This document shows, piece by piece, positions 41,490-49,805 of a stretch of 64,000 bases of DNA (positions are counted from its first letter, which is position 1; each line of letters opens with the position of its first letter). This stretch comes from Armatimonadota bacterium (GTDB taxonomy: Bacteria; Armatimonadota; UBA5829; DTJY01). The notes under the pieces are model-generated. The model saw nothing but the letters and a program-made list of their open reading frames with translations. It was not told the DNA's origin and did not search any database. Both the position numbers and the translations under genes were made by a program. The DNA lies in the NCBI GenBank assembly GCA_023511795.1, contig JAIMAU010000001.1, forward strand, positions 138,384-202,383, given 5' to 3'.

Positions 41490-41912
41490 TTACTTTTCTT
41501 CTTTAGAATGAATGCCAGGAGCTCCGACGGCCAACACCAGTTCTTGAAGAAGCCCTTTGTCTGCCGCCATGTTTACCAGTTCATCGGTAACTTCTGATCC
41601 AGCCTTCGCAATCAAATTGCCCTGCCAATCAAAAACATCGCGTCCTACAATCTTGCCTCTAACAAACGCCTCCATTTGCTCTTCAAGGTTCATGCCCGGT
41701 TGAATCTCGGGCGGACCAAGGGCAACTTCTGCGGCAACTGCTGAAAGCATTAGTTCATGTAGCTTGCCTTTCTTTTTGGCTTCTTCAATTATATCATCGG
41801 TGATTATTTCTCCTTCGGTAACAATTACATTTCCCTCATCATCAAGGACGTCGTGGCCAGCTAATCTGCCGCGGGAATATTCAATTTCTCTTTGTTCATA
41901 AAATTCCTTCAT
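41490..41912 (-). CDS. Acidic protein (140 aa) with two copies of a ~35-aa repeat (h-D-x-x-G-x-h-I-x-x-x-G-E-I-I-T-D-x-x-I-E-x-A-x-x-x-G-K-L-x-E-L)
   Basis: The internal repeat is at aa ~17-57 and ~84-128. No family could be assigned by eye. Confidence 0.5.
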   Translation of the reverse strand: MKEFYEQREIEYSRGRLAGHDVLDDEGNVIVTEGEIITDDIIEEAKKKGKLHELMLSAVAAEVALGPPEIQPGMNLEEQMEAFVRGKIVGRDVFDWQGNLIAKAGSEVTDELVNMAADKGLLQELVLAVGAPGIHSKEEK

Positions 41913-42056
41913 TTTGCATCCCCGCTTCTAGAAATTGAATGGATTTATAATCCTTAGTTGGTTATTTCCCTTGAATCCTTTATTGTAAACTAGGGTTGGT
42001 TTGGACGAAGTGGAAATCAAGTTTACATTGATATCGCCCACCTGTGTGAAAAGCTG

Positions 42057-42086
42057 TTGACAAGCCGCAAGGCGATGTGGTAAAAT
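42057..42086 (+). promoter_or_regulatory. Sigma70-like promoter (TTGACA, 18-nt spacer, TAAAAT) for the tRNA cluster
   Basis: -35 at 42057-42062 and -10 at 42081-42086. The first tRNA starts at 42100. Confidence 0.4.
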
Positions 42087-42099
42087 TAGTCTACCACGC

Positions 42100-42185
42100 G
42101 GGGACGTGGCGGAATGGCAGACGCGCTTGGTTGAGGGCCAAGTGAGCATTAGCTCGTGAGAGTTCAACTCTCTCCGTCCCCACCA
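42100..42185 (+). tRNA. tRNA-Leu (anticodon GAG), type II with a long variable arm, CCA encoded
   Basis: Acceptor GGGGACG/CGTCCCC, anticodon stem-loop CTTGG-TTGAGGG-CCAAG, T-arm GAGAG-TTCAACT-CTCTC. Confidence 0.85.
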
Positions 42186-42231
42186 TTTCAAGGCGCAAGC
42201 GAATATTAATATTCATTTGCCAATTTTCATT

Positions 42232-42306
42232 GGGCGATTGGCTCAGGGGGAGAGCGCTTCCTTCACACGGAAGAGGTCGTTGGTTCAAATCCAACATCGC
42301 CCACCA
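42232..42306 (+). tRNA. tRNA-Val (anticodon CAC), CCA encoded
   Basis: Acceptor GGGCGAT/ATCGCCC, anticodon arm CTTCC-TTCACAC-GGAAG, T-loop TTCAAAT. Confidence 0.85.
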
Positions 42307-42310
42307 CGAT

Positions 42311-42385
42311 GCGGGAGTAGTTCAGTGGTAGAGCACCTGCTTCCCAAGCAGGTTGTCGCGGGTTCGAATCCCGTCTCCCGCTCCA
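42311..42385 (+). tRNA. tRNA-Gly (anticodon CCC), CCA encoded
   Basis: Acceptor GCGGGAG/CTCCCGC, anticodon arm CCTGC-TTCCCAA-GCAGG, T-loop TTCGAAT. Confidence 0.85.
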
Positions 42386-42394
42386 ATAAGATGA

Positions 42395-42469
42395 GGCGAC
42401 GTACCCAAGGGGTAAGGGAGAGGTCTGCAAAACCTTTATTCGCCGGTTCGAGTCCGGCCGTCGCCTCCA
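42395..42469 (+). tRNA. tRNA-Cys (anticodon GCA), CCA encoded
   Basis: Acceptor GGCGACG/CGTCGCC, anticodon loop CTGCAAA, T-arm GCCGG-TTCGAGT-CCGGC. Confidence 0.8.
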
Positions 42470-42481
42470 TTTTTATACTAC

Positions 42482-43861
42482 CTATACCTCTTTTTCTGAC
42501 CAATTAGTCCATTTGAAGATTCCAAGTACCGCCAATCCCGAGAAAACTGTTGAAGATGACATTGCTACCCATGCTCCAAATGCGCCAAAATCAAGCGTTA
42601 TGGCGAGAAGATAGGTCAAAGGAAGTCTTATTATCCAAAGCGTGAGGATTGTTGCCAGCGTTGGGAGGCGAGTTTCGCCTGCTCCTTGGAGTGCGCCCGT
42701 GAGTATCATCCCAAGTGCAAGAAAAGGTTCGGAAAGTCCGTTAACCCAAAGATAAGATGCCGCAAGTGGTAGCACGCGTATGTCGTTTGTAAAAAGATCG
42801 GCTATCTGGTGTGAGAAGAAAACAAATAGTAAGCCAATCCCACCCATTATCCATATCCCCTGCCATGTAGCCGCCCATGCGCCCTTCTCTGCTCGTTCGG
42901 GCTGGCGCGCCCCCAGATTCTGACCGACCATTGATGCGGCGGCGACGCTAAATGCGAAGCCAGGCATGAATGCAAGTGCTTCGGTTCGCAATCCTATGGT
43001 CAATGCGGCAAGTGCGTTTTCTCCGTCAATACTTCGCCTCAGTATGCCAAAATATGTCATTGATGCTCCCGTTCTAAGGAGTGCTTGCACCGCAGCTGGA
43101 TAACCAATGTTGAGAATTCGGGCGAACCAATTCCATGAGGGTTTCCATGAGCCTTTTAGAACATTTGGAATGTGTGTTTTAGGAAGATATGCTAGCAGCA
43201 TGGCTGTTGATACAGCTCGAGAAGTGACGACTGCAATGGCGGCTCCTGCTATACCGAGCTTTGGGAAAGGCCCAATTCCAAATATTAATATGTAGTCTCC
43301 AACAACATTGATTACCGTAGCAACCGTCGTGGCAATAAGTGGGGTACGGACATCCCCAAGACCTCGGTAAACGCCCGTAACAATAACCGTTAGGAAAGAG
43401 AATGCATTGCCGGCAAGGAGAATGTCTAAGTAAATAACCCCAAGCCTAACGCCTTCGCCCTTCTCAGCCATCAACTCTATTAAGGAGGGCCCAAAAGCAT
43501 ATAGCAGGATTCCTGAGATTGTCGCTGAAATGATCGCAAGCAGAATAGATTGTTTCGTAACTTCTTCGGCGCTTTGATTATCCTCCGCGCCAACGAACCT
43601 CGCCACTAGAGCTGTACTGCCAACTCCAACCGCTGCGCTGAATGCCATGAGCACTAGCAAAACTTGATTTGCAACTCCAAGCCCTGCAAGCGTAGCGGCG
43701 CCCAGCCTACCCAAAAATAGTGCGTCAATTAAGCCATATCCTGTTTGGAGTATCATTGTGATGATGGAGGGCCAAGCTAACCACCAGACAGTCGTTGCTA
43801 TGTGGCCATTTACTATACGCCGGCGTGTCTCATTTTTGCTTTCAGGGGAAATTTGGTCCAA
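42482..43861 (-). CDS. MATE family multidrug efflux transporter
   Basis: It has 12 TM helices and the N-terminal motif PSIITMILQTGYGLIDALFLGRLG, typical of the NorM/DinF family. Confidence 0.85.
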   Translation of the reverse strand: MDQISPESKNETRRRIVNGHIATTVWWLAWPSIITMILQTGYGLIDALFLGRLGAATLAGLGVANQVLLVLMAFSAAVGVGSTALVARFVGAEDNQSAEEVTKQSILLAIISATISGILLYAFGPSLIELMAEKGEGVRLGVIYLDILLAGNAFSFLTVIVTGVYRGLGDVRTPLIATTVATVINVVGDYILIFGIGPFPKLGIAGAAIAVVTSRAVSTAMLLAYLPKTHIPNVLKGSWKPSWNWFARILNIGYPAAVQALLRTGASMTYFGILRRSIDGENALAALTIGLRTEALAFMPGFAFSVAAASMVGQNLGARQPERAEKGAWAATWQGIWIMGGIGLLFVFFSHQIADLFTNDIRVLPLAASYLWVNGLSEPFLALGMILTGALQGAGETRLPTLATILTLWIIRLPLTYLLAITLDFGAFGAWVAMSSSTVFSGLAVLGIFKWTNWSEKEV

Positions 43862-43866
43862 TGTTA

Positions 43867-44325
43867 TTATGCCTTCTTTGCTGACTTAATGACGCCGAAG
43901 ACGAACTTGCCGATGCCGTAAAGCCCAACGGCCGCAAGAGCTGAAAGCTTTGCAATTCGTTTCATTATTCGAGCGCTTGAGCGCTGGACTATGCTCAGGT
44001 CATCCTCAATGTCGCGGATAGATAAGCTTGCTTGCGCAAGATAATTGGAACCTTTATCGGCAGGCATCGACCGAATTATCCACCGAACAGTAAACAGAAC
44101 AATTGCAAGGTCATCAAGCTGTCCGATTACTGGTATGACTCCGGGGATTGCATCAACAGGACTAACTGAATATCCAATCGCCGCCATTAGCGCTGCTCTT
44201 TGCCTGCCGGAAATTTCAGGGTCTTTGAGAAGAAGCCATACAAGCTTTGCATACTTCGGTAGGCGTGCAACGACTGCCCCGATTTCACCTGTCGTGCTAG
44301 TCTTTCTTACATTTGCAGAGGTCAT
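43867..44325 (-). CDS. DUF1232 (YkvA-like) membrane protein
   Basis: AIGYSVSPVDAIPGVIPVIGQLDDLAIV is the DUF1232 core. Confidence 0.6.
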   Translation of the reverse strand: MTSANVRKTSTTGEIGAVVARLPKYAKLVWLLLKDPEISGRQRAALMAAIGYSVSPVDAIPGVIPVIGQLDDLAIVLFTVRWIIRSMPADKGSNYLAQASLSIRDIEDDLSIVQRSSARIMKRIAKLSALAAVGLYGIGKFVFGVIKSAKKA

Positions 44326-44359
44326 TCTAATGAAATTCTAAATTGCCAAACTATTGGTG

Positions 44360-45484
44360 TCAAGAAAAGTGGTATGGGAAAACAATCTCCTTAATCAGCT
44401 GTACAATTTCCTGCGTGGCTTCAAAGGTTATGCGGCGACGTTCATCAGTAGTTATCGGAAGTTCCACATCATGAAGGCGATGAATATTGTGGCGGCTAGC
44501 AAAGTTTGCAGGTATTACATCGGATATCTCCACTTCAAGCAAGCGAGCGTAGGCGAGAGTCCATAATCTTGCAACAGTAGAGATATTGTAACCTCCTCCA
44601 CCCAGGGCTACTAATGGCCTTTCAAAACTGATTATTGTCTTTACTAATTCGTCAAAGCCCTTGGACGTTAGTTCCAAATGTGCAAGAGGATCTTGAAAAT
44701 GTGAATCAACTCCTAGCTGAGCAACTATTACTTGCGGGTCGTAAGCTTTGATTAATGGCGGCACTATTTCTTTGAATGCCCAAACCATCACATCCGATGG
44801 TGTGTACGGTTCAAGAGGAATATTTACAGAGTAACCTTTTCCTTTACCTGTTCCAATCTCATTCACAAAGCCAGTGCCTGGGAAGAGATATCTGCCACTT
44901 TCATGCATGCTGATGGTGAGTACTGTGTTTGTATCGTAAAAAATGTGTTGAACACCATCACCATGATGAGCATCGATATCGATGTAAGCAATCCGGCTGA
45001 ACTTTTTCTGGAGTCGTCGTATTGCAATCGCTGGGTCGTTGAATATGCAGAATCCACTTGCTCGATTTGTCATCGCATGGTGTAGCCCGCCAGAGATGTT
45101 GAAACATCTCTCAAATTGGCCTTCCATAATTAGTTCTGCGGCTTTGATCGAAGCTCCTGTGTAAAGTAGTGAAGCTTCATACATGCCCAGGAAAGGCTTG
45201 TTGTCTCCATAGTCGAAACCATAGCGCCAAGGGTCTGAGATATCCTTTCCTTCACTAAGTTTGCGAACTGCAGCTATATAATCGGGTTTGTGGACTGTCA
45301 GAATATCTGCTTCCGTTGCTAATTCGGGTGCAATTAGCTGCCCTTGCGCTATCAGACCATAAGCCGAGATTAGCTCTTTCGTTAAGCGCAGGCGTTCTGG
45401 GCGGAGAGGATGATCTACTCCCATGTCGTATTTGGTCATTTCATCGCAATACACAAAGCAAGCTTTCATACCATCGGCACCCAT
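44360..45484 (-). CDS. Histone deacetylase-family protein (acetoin utilization AcuC / acetylpolyamine amidohydrolase-like)
   Basis: HPLRPERL, SGFCIFND, DIDAHHGDG and GGGGY are arginase/deacetylase-fold metal-site motifs. Confidence 0.8.
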   Translation of the reverse strand: MGADGMKACFVYCDEMTKYDMGVDHPLRPERLRLTKELISAYGLIAQGQLIAPELATEADILTVHKPDYIAAVRKLSEGKDISDPWRYGFDYGDNKPFLGMYEASLLYTGASIKAAELIMEGQFERCFNISGGLHHAMTNRASGFCIFNDPAIAIRRLQKKFSRIAYIDIDAHHGDGVQHIFYDTNTVLTISMHESGRYLFPGTGFVNEIGTGKGKGYSVNIPLEPYTPSDVMVWAFKEIVPPLIKAYDPQVIVAQLGVDSHFQDPLAHLELTSKGFDELVKTIISFERPLVALGGGGYNISTVARLWTLAYARLLEVEISDVIPANFASRHNIHRLHDVELPITTDERRRITFEATQEIVQLIKEIVFPYHFS

Positions 45485-45644
45485 GCGACAAGAAAATTCA
45501 AAGGCGTTTCGGAACGTTGTTCTTATGTTTTCTAATCTGAAATTACCCTTATTTTACCGAAAGTCCTTCGAACAGTACTGCCACCAAGCGGCTTGTTATG
45601 TTATAATTATGCGTCACGGCAATGCGTGGAGGTTAATTAGTTTT

Positions 45645-46430
45645 ATGGGAAAAGAAGAAATTCTTCAACAGCTTGTCAGTATGTCGAACCGCCTGGGAGA
45701 GGAATGGCGTGAGCTCGTTATCTTGGGTGAAGGGAATACATCTGCAAGAATTTGTGACCAAACGTTTTTTGTGAAGGCAAGTGGAACAAATCTTAGAACT
45801 ATAACAGCTGAAGGATTCGTTGAGGTAAAATTTGAGCCGGTCCTCGAGATGCTTGAGAGCCGAGAGCTCAGCGATGATGAGATTAAAGAGCGGTTGGCAG
45901 CGGCAAAAGTCAATCGGAATTATAAGTTAGCGCCATCCGTTGAAACCGTTTTTCATGCATATCTTCTAAGCATACCGGGTGTGAATTTCGTGGGCCACAC
46001 TCATCCAGTGTCAGTAAATGGGATACTATGTTCGAAAAACTGGCGTGAGGTGCTCCAGGGTCGCCTTTTCCCCGACGAGATTGTTTGTTGTGGCATTGCT
46101 CCTGTGTTTATACCATACACCGACCCAGGCGTAGCTCTTGCTAGGAAAATTAGAGAAGTAGTCCAAGAATATGTATCCCGGATAGGCGAGCGGCCCAAAG
46201 CAATTCTTATGCAAAACCATGGCCTTATAGCACTCGGGACAACTCCGAAAGAAGTTGAAAGCGTCACGATGATGTGGGATAAGACTGCCAAAATACTGGC
46301 GCGAACATATCATTTTGGTGGTCCAAGCTACCTAACGCCTGAGCAAGTAAATCGCCTTGCTACTCGCCCTGATGAAGAGCAGCGGAAACGGCTTATCAAA
46401 GGCTTACCTTTAACAACGGAGGAAAATTGA
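45645..46430 (+). CDS. Class II aldolase/adducin-family protein (rhamnulose/fuculose-1-phosphate aldolase-like)
   Basis: GNTSAR and GHTHP motifs (Zn His ligands). The start was set at MGKEE (45645); the upstream part of the long ORF from 45423 overlaps the divergent deacetylase gene. Confidence 0.7.
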   Translation: MGKEEILQQLVSMSNRLGEEWRELVILGEGNTSARICDQTFFVKASGTNLRTITAEGFVEVKFEPVLEMLESRELSDDEIKERLAAAKVNRNYKLAPSVETVFHAYLLSIPGVNFVGHTHPVSVNGILCSKNWREVLQGRLFPDEIVCCGIAPVFIPYTDPGVALARKIREVVQEYVSRIGERPKAILMQNHGLIALGTTPKEVESVTMMWDKTAKILARTYHFGGPSYLTPEQVNRLATRPDEEQRKRLIKGLPLTTEEN

Positions 46431-48163
46431 TGAAAGATGTTTTGCAGGCGTACCGAAATGTGGACTACAGCCTGCCCGAAACGATTCTGACATGGCATCT
46501 GTATGGCGCTGGCTTGGAAAACTTTGGCAAGGACGGCAAGCCTGTTGAGTTGCCCATGCCAAAGTATGGACCTAATGAACTCCTTGTTCGCATTGACGCT
46601 GTTGGAATATGCTTTAGCGATGTCAAAGTTATAAACCAAGGGAACAAACATCCGCGCGTGACGGGCCGTGACTTGATCAAAAATCCAGTAACTCTAGGAC
46701 ATGAGGCATCCGTTACGGTAGTTGGTGTCGGCAAGAATCTTAAGGGGAAATTCAATGTCGGACAGAGATTTATCGTCCAGGCGGACGTCTTTTATAAGGG
46801 CAAAAGCATGGCGTTTGGTTATGTTCTACCTGGTGCGCAAACCCAGTATCAGGTAATTGGCAAGGAAATACTTGAAGGTGATGAGGGATGTTATCTACTG
46901 CCGGTCAAAGATTCTACCGGATATTCTGAAGCTGCTCTCACCGAACCTTGGGCATGTGTTGTGGCGGCGTATCGGATAACTCGCAGGCCGTCTATCAAGC
47001 CTGAGGGCAATCTTTGGATTATTGGCGCACCTGGCGACGACGACTATACGCTTGACCTTGATATCAAGTCAAAGCACGTTGTGGCGACTGACCTCGATTG
47101 GAGCTTGCTTGATGACTTAGAAATGTGGGCTGGGGCAGGGTGCTTTGAGTTGACCATTACCCCCACTTTTGACGAGCTTGATTTAGAAGAGCTGGCGACG
47201 AGATACGGCGGCTTTGACGATATTATCATCCTAGGCGCCGACGCAGGTGTTATCCAACATGCTGCTCCTCTCTTAGCTAAGCATGGGATAATGAACATAG
47301 TCGCGTCCGAGCCAATTGGCAGACCAGTTGAGATAGACATCGGCAAAATTCATTATGAATTTCAATCCTACGTGGGTACGGCTAGCACGCGAATTGGTGC
47401 AGGTTATGAGATGGTCCGCGTTCCGAGCGAATTGAAAGCCGGGGGAATTGCTTGGTACATTGGAGCAGGTGGTCCAATGGGTCAAATGCACGTCCAGCGT
47501 GCGGTTGAAATGAAAAACTGTCCTTCAAAAATACTCGCGACGGATATTGATACGACGCGCCTGAACAGCGTCAAAGACCGTGTCGCCGCCGCAGCAGCCG
47601 CCAAGGGAATTGAGTTTCTCGCGGTGAATCCGAATGATTCGGACAAGGAGCTGTTCGACAAGTTGTTATGGGAATTTACATGTGGCAGAGGGTTCGATGA
47701 TATAATCGTGCTTGCGCCTGTTGTCTCGCTTATCGAGGAAGCCATCCAATATCTTGCAGAAGAAGGGTTGATGAACATCTTTGCCGGATTTCCTGTTGGA
47801 ACGATTGCTAACATAGACTTGACGGGCGTCTATGAGAAGAAGCTCCGCCTTGTTGGAAGTAGCGGGTCGAGAATACGAGATATGCTTGATACTCTTAGCG
47901 AGGCAGAGTCTGGCAGTCTAGCAACGGATAAATCAGTCGCTGCCATTGGTGGAATCGAGGCATCGTGGGACGGAATGCTTGCTACAAAAGAAGGCCGATT
48001 CCCAGGCAAGATCATTATTTATCCTCAAATTCGGGGGCTTGGGCTAACTGCTGTGACTGACCTTAAAGATAAGTTGCCGAATGTCTACGCCAAGCTTACC
48101 GATGGAATGTTTTGGAATCGAGAAGCCGAAAAGGAGCTTCTGCGGACGATGCTAGAATTATAA
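46427..48163 (+). CDS. Atypical 578-aa medium-chain dehydrogenase/reductase-like protein (GroES-like N-domain plus two Rossmann-like segments)
   Basis: LLVRIDAVGICFSDVKV...LGHEASVTVVGVG (MDR catalytic domain, no structural-zinc Cys cluster) and GAGGPMGQMHVQRAV (NAD fold). This is about 200 aa longer than canonical MDRs. The ATG overlaps the upstream stop (ATGA). Confidence 0.5.
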   Translation: MMKDVLQAYRNVDYSLPETILTWHLYGAGLENFGKDGKPVELPMPKYGPNELLVRIDAVGICFSDVKVINQGNKHPRVTGRDLIKNPVTLGHEASVTVVGVGKNLKGKFNVGQRFIVQADVFYKGKSMAFGYVLPGAQTQYQVIGKEILEGDEGCYLLPVKDSTGYSEAALTEPWACVVAAYRITRRPSIKPEGNLWIIGAPGDDDYTLDLDIKSKHVVATDLDWSLLDDLEMWAGAGCFELTITPTFDELDLEELATRYGGFDDIIILGADAGVIQHAAPLLAKHGIMNIVASEPIGRPVEIDIGKIHYEFQSYVGTASTRIGAGYEMVRVPSELKAGGIAWYIGAGGPMGQMHVQRAVEMKNCPSKILATDIDTTRLNSVKDRVAAAAAAKGIEFLAVNPNDSDKELFDKLLWEFTCGRGFDDIIVLAPVVSLIEEAIQYLAEEGLMNIFAGFPVGTIANIDLTGVYEKKLRLVGSSGSRIRDMLDTLSEAESGSLATDKSVAAIGGIEASWDGMLATKEGRFPGKIIIYPQIRGLGLTAVTDLKDKLPNVYAKLTDGMFWNREAEKELLRTMLEL

Positions 48164-48258
48164 TCTAGAAATGCTAGCTCTTGCAGTAAGCTTTCTTGCT
48201 AGACAAGATTCGATTTAAAAGTATTGGTTTACGTATTGCGAGGAGTGCAAGCGGAGGT

Positions 48259-49062
48259 ATGAATGGAGTAGTATGTAAGCATTTGCCGGGCAAAACGGCG
48301 ATTGTAACTGGCGCTGCGCAGGGCCTTGGTGAGGCGATTGCCAAGAGGCTTGCCGCGGAAGGCGCAGACGTTGTCGTTTCGGACATTAACTTTGAGAAAT
48401 TGGAGAAGGTAGCCAGGGCCATTGAGAAGGAATATGGCGTCCGTTCAATACCGGTGTTGGCTGATGTTACAAATGAACAGCAAGTTTTGGAAATGGTTCA
48501 AACTGCCGTCCGGGAGTTTGGCAGGCTTGACATCATGGTTGCCAATGCAGGAATTCTAATTGCCGGGTCGGTGGTCGAATTTCCAACCGAGCAGTGGCGT
48601 AAGGTTATCGATGTAAACCTCATCGGTTATTTCATATGTGCTCGTGAAGCTGCAAAAGTGATGATGGCACAGAAGAGCGGCGTCATTATCCAAATTAATT
48701 CGAAGTCTGGAAAAAAAGGGAGTTTCAGAAACTCTGCTTATGCGGCAAGCAAATTCGGTGGCATTGGTCTAACCCAAAGCTTGGCTCTTGAGATGGCGCC
48801 GTACAACGTCCGTGTTAATGCCGTATGCCCAGGGAATATCTTAGAAGGCACCCTCTGGCAGGAAAGCCTTTTTGAACAGTACTCCAAGACTCAGGGGCTA
48901 ACACCAGAGCAGGTAAGAGAAAAGTACCTAAGCCAGGTCCCGTTAGGTCGGCCATGCACTTATGAAGATGTAGCAAATGTTGTTGTCTTTCTAGCATCCG
49001 ACCAGTCGTCTTACATGACTGGCCAAGCGATTAATGTTACTGGTGGCCAGGAAATGCGCTAG
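48259..49062 (+). CDS. Short-chain dehydrogenase, sorbitol-6-phosphate 2-dehydrogenase (SrlD/GutD)-like
   Basis: TGAAQGLG cofactor motif. IIQINSKSGKKGS...YAASKFGGIGLTQSLALE...INVTGGQEM is near-identical in pattern to E. coli SrlD (IIQINSKSGKVGS...YSAAKFGGVGLTQSLALD...INVTGGQVMF). RBS GGAGG. Confidence 0.7.
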   Translation: MNGVVCKHLPGKTAIVTGAAQGLGEAIAKRLAAEGADVVVSDINFEKLEKVARAIEKEYGVRSIPVLADVTNEQQVLEMVQTAVREFGRLDIMVANAGILIAGSVVEFPTEQWRKVIDVNLIGYFICAREAAKVMMAQKSGVIIQINSKSGKKGSFRNSAYAASKFGGIGLTQSLALEMAPYNVRVNAVCPGNILEGTLWQESLFEQYSKTQGLTPEQVREKYLSQVPLGRPCTYEDVANVVVFLASDQSSYMTGQAINVTGGQEMR

Positions 49063-49066
49063 TTTT

Positions 49067-49366
49067 CTAGGAGAGATCCGGCTCTTGTACTACGGCTCGA
49101 GCGGCTTCGGGGTCAATGGCTTGGGCTTCTTCTGGAAAGGCAGTATGTACTTCTGTGATAATAGCTTGGTTGCGCAAAGGCTCTGGAATCATCTCCCTAG
49201 CAGCTTCTTCATTGCTAGCTTCCACAATAATCCAAGCTGCATGGTTTCCTGAGAAACAGCTCCAGTATACCTCATCAAGCAAATCAGTTGCTCTTGGTTC
49301 CAGTTTGTCTAGTGCCCTAATGCACTGGTCTGGTGTATGCATGAACTCTATCATGAATTGCGGCAT
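49067..49366 (-). CDS. Small hypothetical protein (99 aa), paralog of 49456..49725
   Basis: MPQFMIEFMHTPDQ...YWSCFSGNHAAWIIVEASNEEAAREMIPEPLRNQAIITEV shares about 40% identity with its neighbour. Confidence 0.5.
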   Translation of the reverse strand: MPQFMIEFMHTPDQCIRALDKLEPRATDLLDEVYWSCFSGNHAAWIIVEASNEEAAREMIPEPLRNQAIITEVHTAFPEEAQAIDPEAARAVVQEPDLS

Positions 49367-49455
49367 CGTTTTCCACCTCTTGGAAAAACTTTTGTCTGGG
49401 CTTCGGCTCTATTTATTAGAATTTTATTTGGTTTTGATTAGAAACCAAATTGCCA

Positions 49456-49725
49456 TTAAGCTACCATCGCATGCAGACGTTCGATGTCGTAAATGTTATA
49501 CTTTCTTACCTCGGCAATTTGAGCCTCGTTACGTAGCACAATGGGAAGCATATCCCTCGCTTCTTGCTCATTATCTGCATCCACCATAAGCCAACCGGCG
49601 TATTCTCCATCCATATTGCCCCAGTAAGTTCTTCCCAACAGCTCGGGAGTTTTTTCTTTCATTTCATCCAACGTGTGCAAGAACATATCCGGCGTGTATG
49701 AGATTTTAATTAAAAACTGTGCCAT
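49456..49725 (-). CDS. Small hypothetical protein (89 aa), paralog of 49067..49366
   Basis: MAQFLIKISYTPDM...YWGNMDGEYAGWLMVDADNEQEARDMLPIVLRNEAQIAEV. Confidence 0.5.
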   Translation of the reverse strand: MAQFLIKISYTPDMFLHTLDEMKEKTPELLGRTYWGNMDGEYAGWLMVDADNEQEARDMLPIVLRNEAQIAEVRKYNIYDIERLHAMVA

Positions 49726-49805
49726 TTTTTTCAGCCTCCATTTTCAAATTTTTCTCCGAAAATGCTCTGCTCCAAAACAATAGTTAGCGAATCTACAGCA
49801 CGAAC

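Noticed and set aside
41913-42099. Possible regulatory RNA in the 187-bp region upstream of the tRNA cluster
   Set aside because: A sigma70 promoter immediately precedes the tRNA. No conserved riboswitch-like motif or stable structure was identified.
45423-45644. N-terminal 74-aa extension of the class II aldolase ORF
   Set aside because: It would overlap the divergent deacetylase start codon region by about 60 nt on the opposite strand. An aldolase-sized product with a conserved N-terminus begins at the ATG at 45645.
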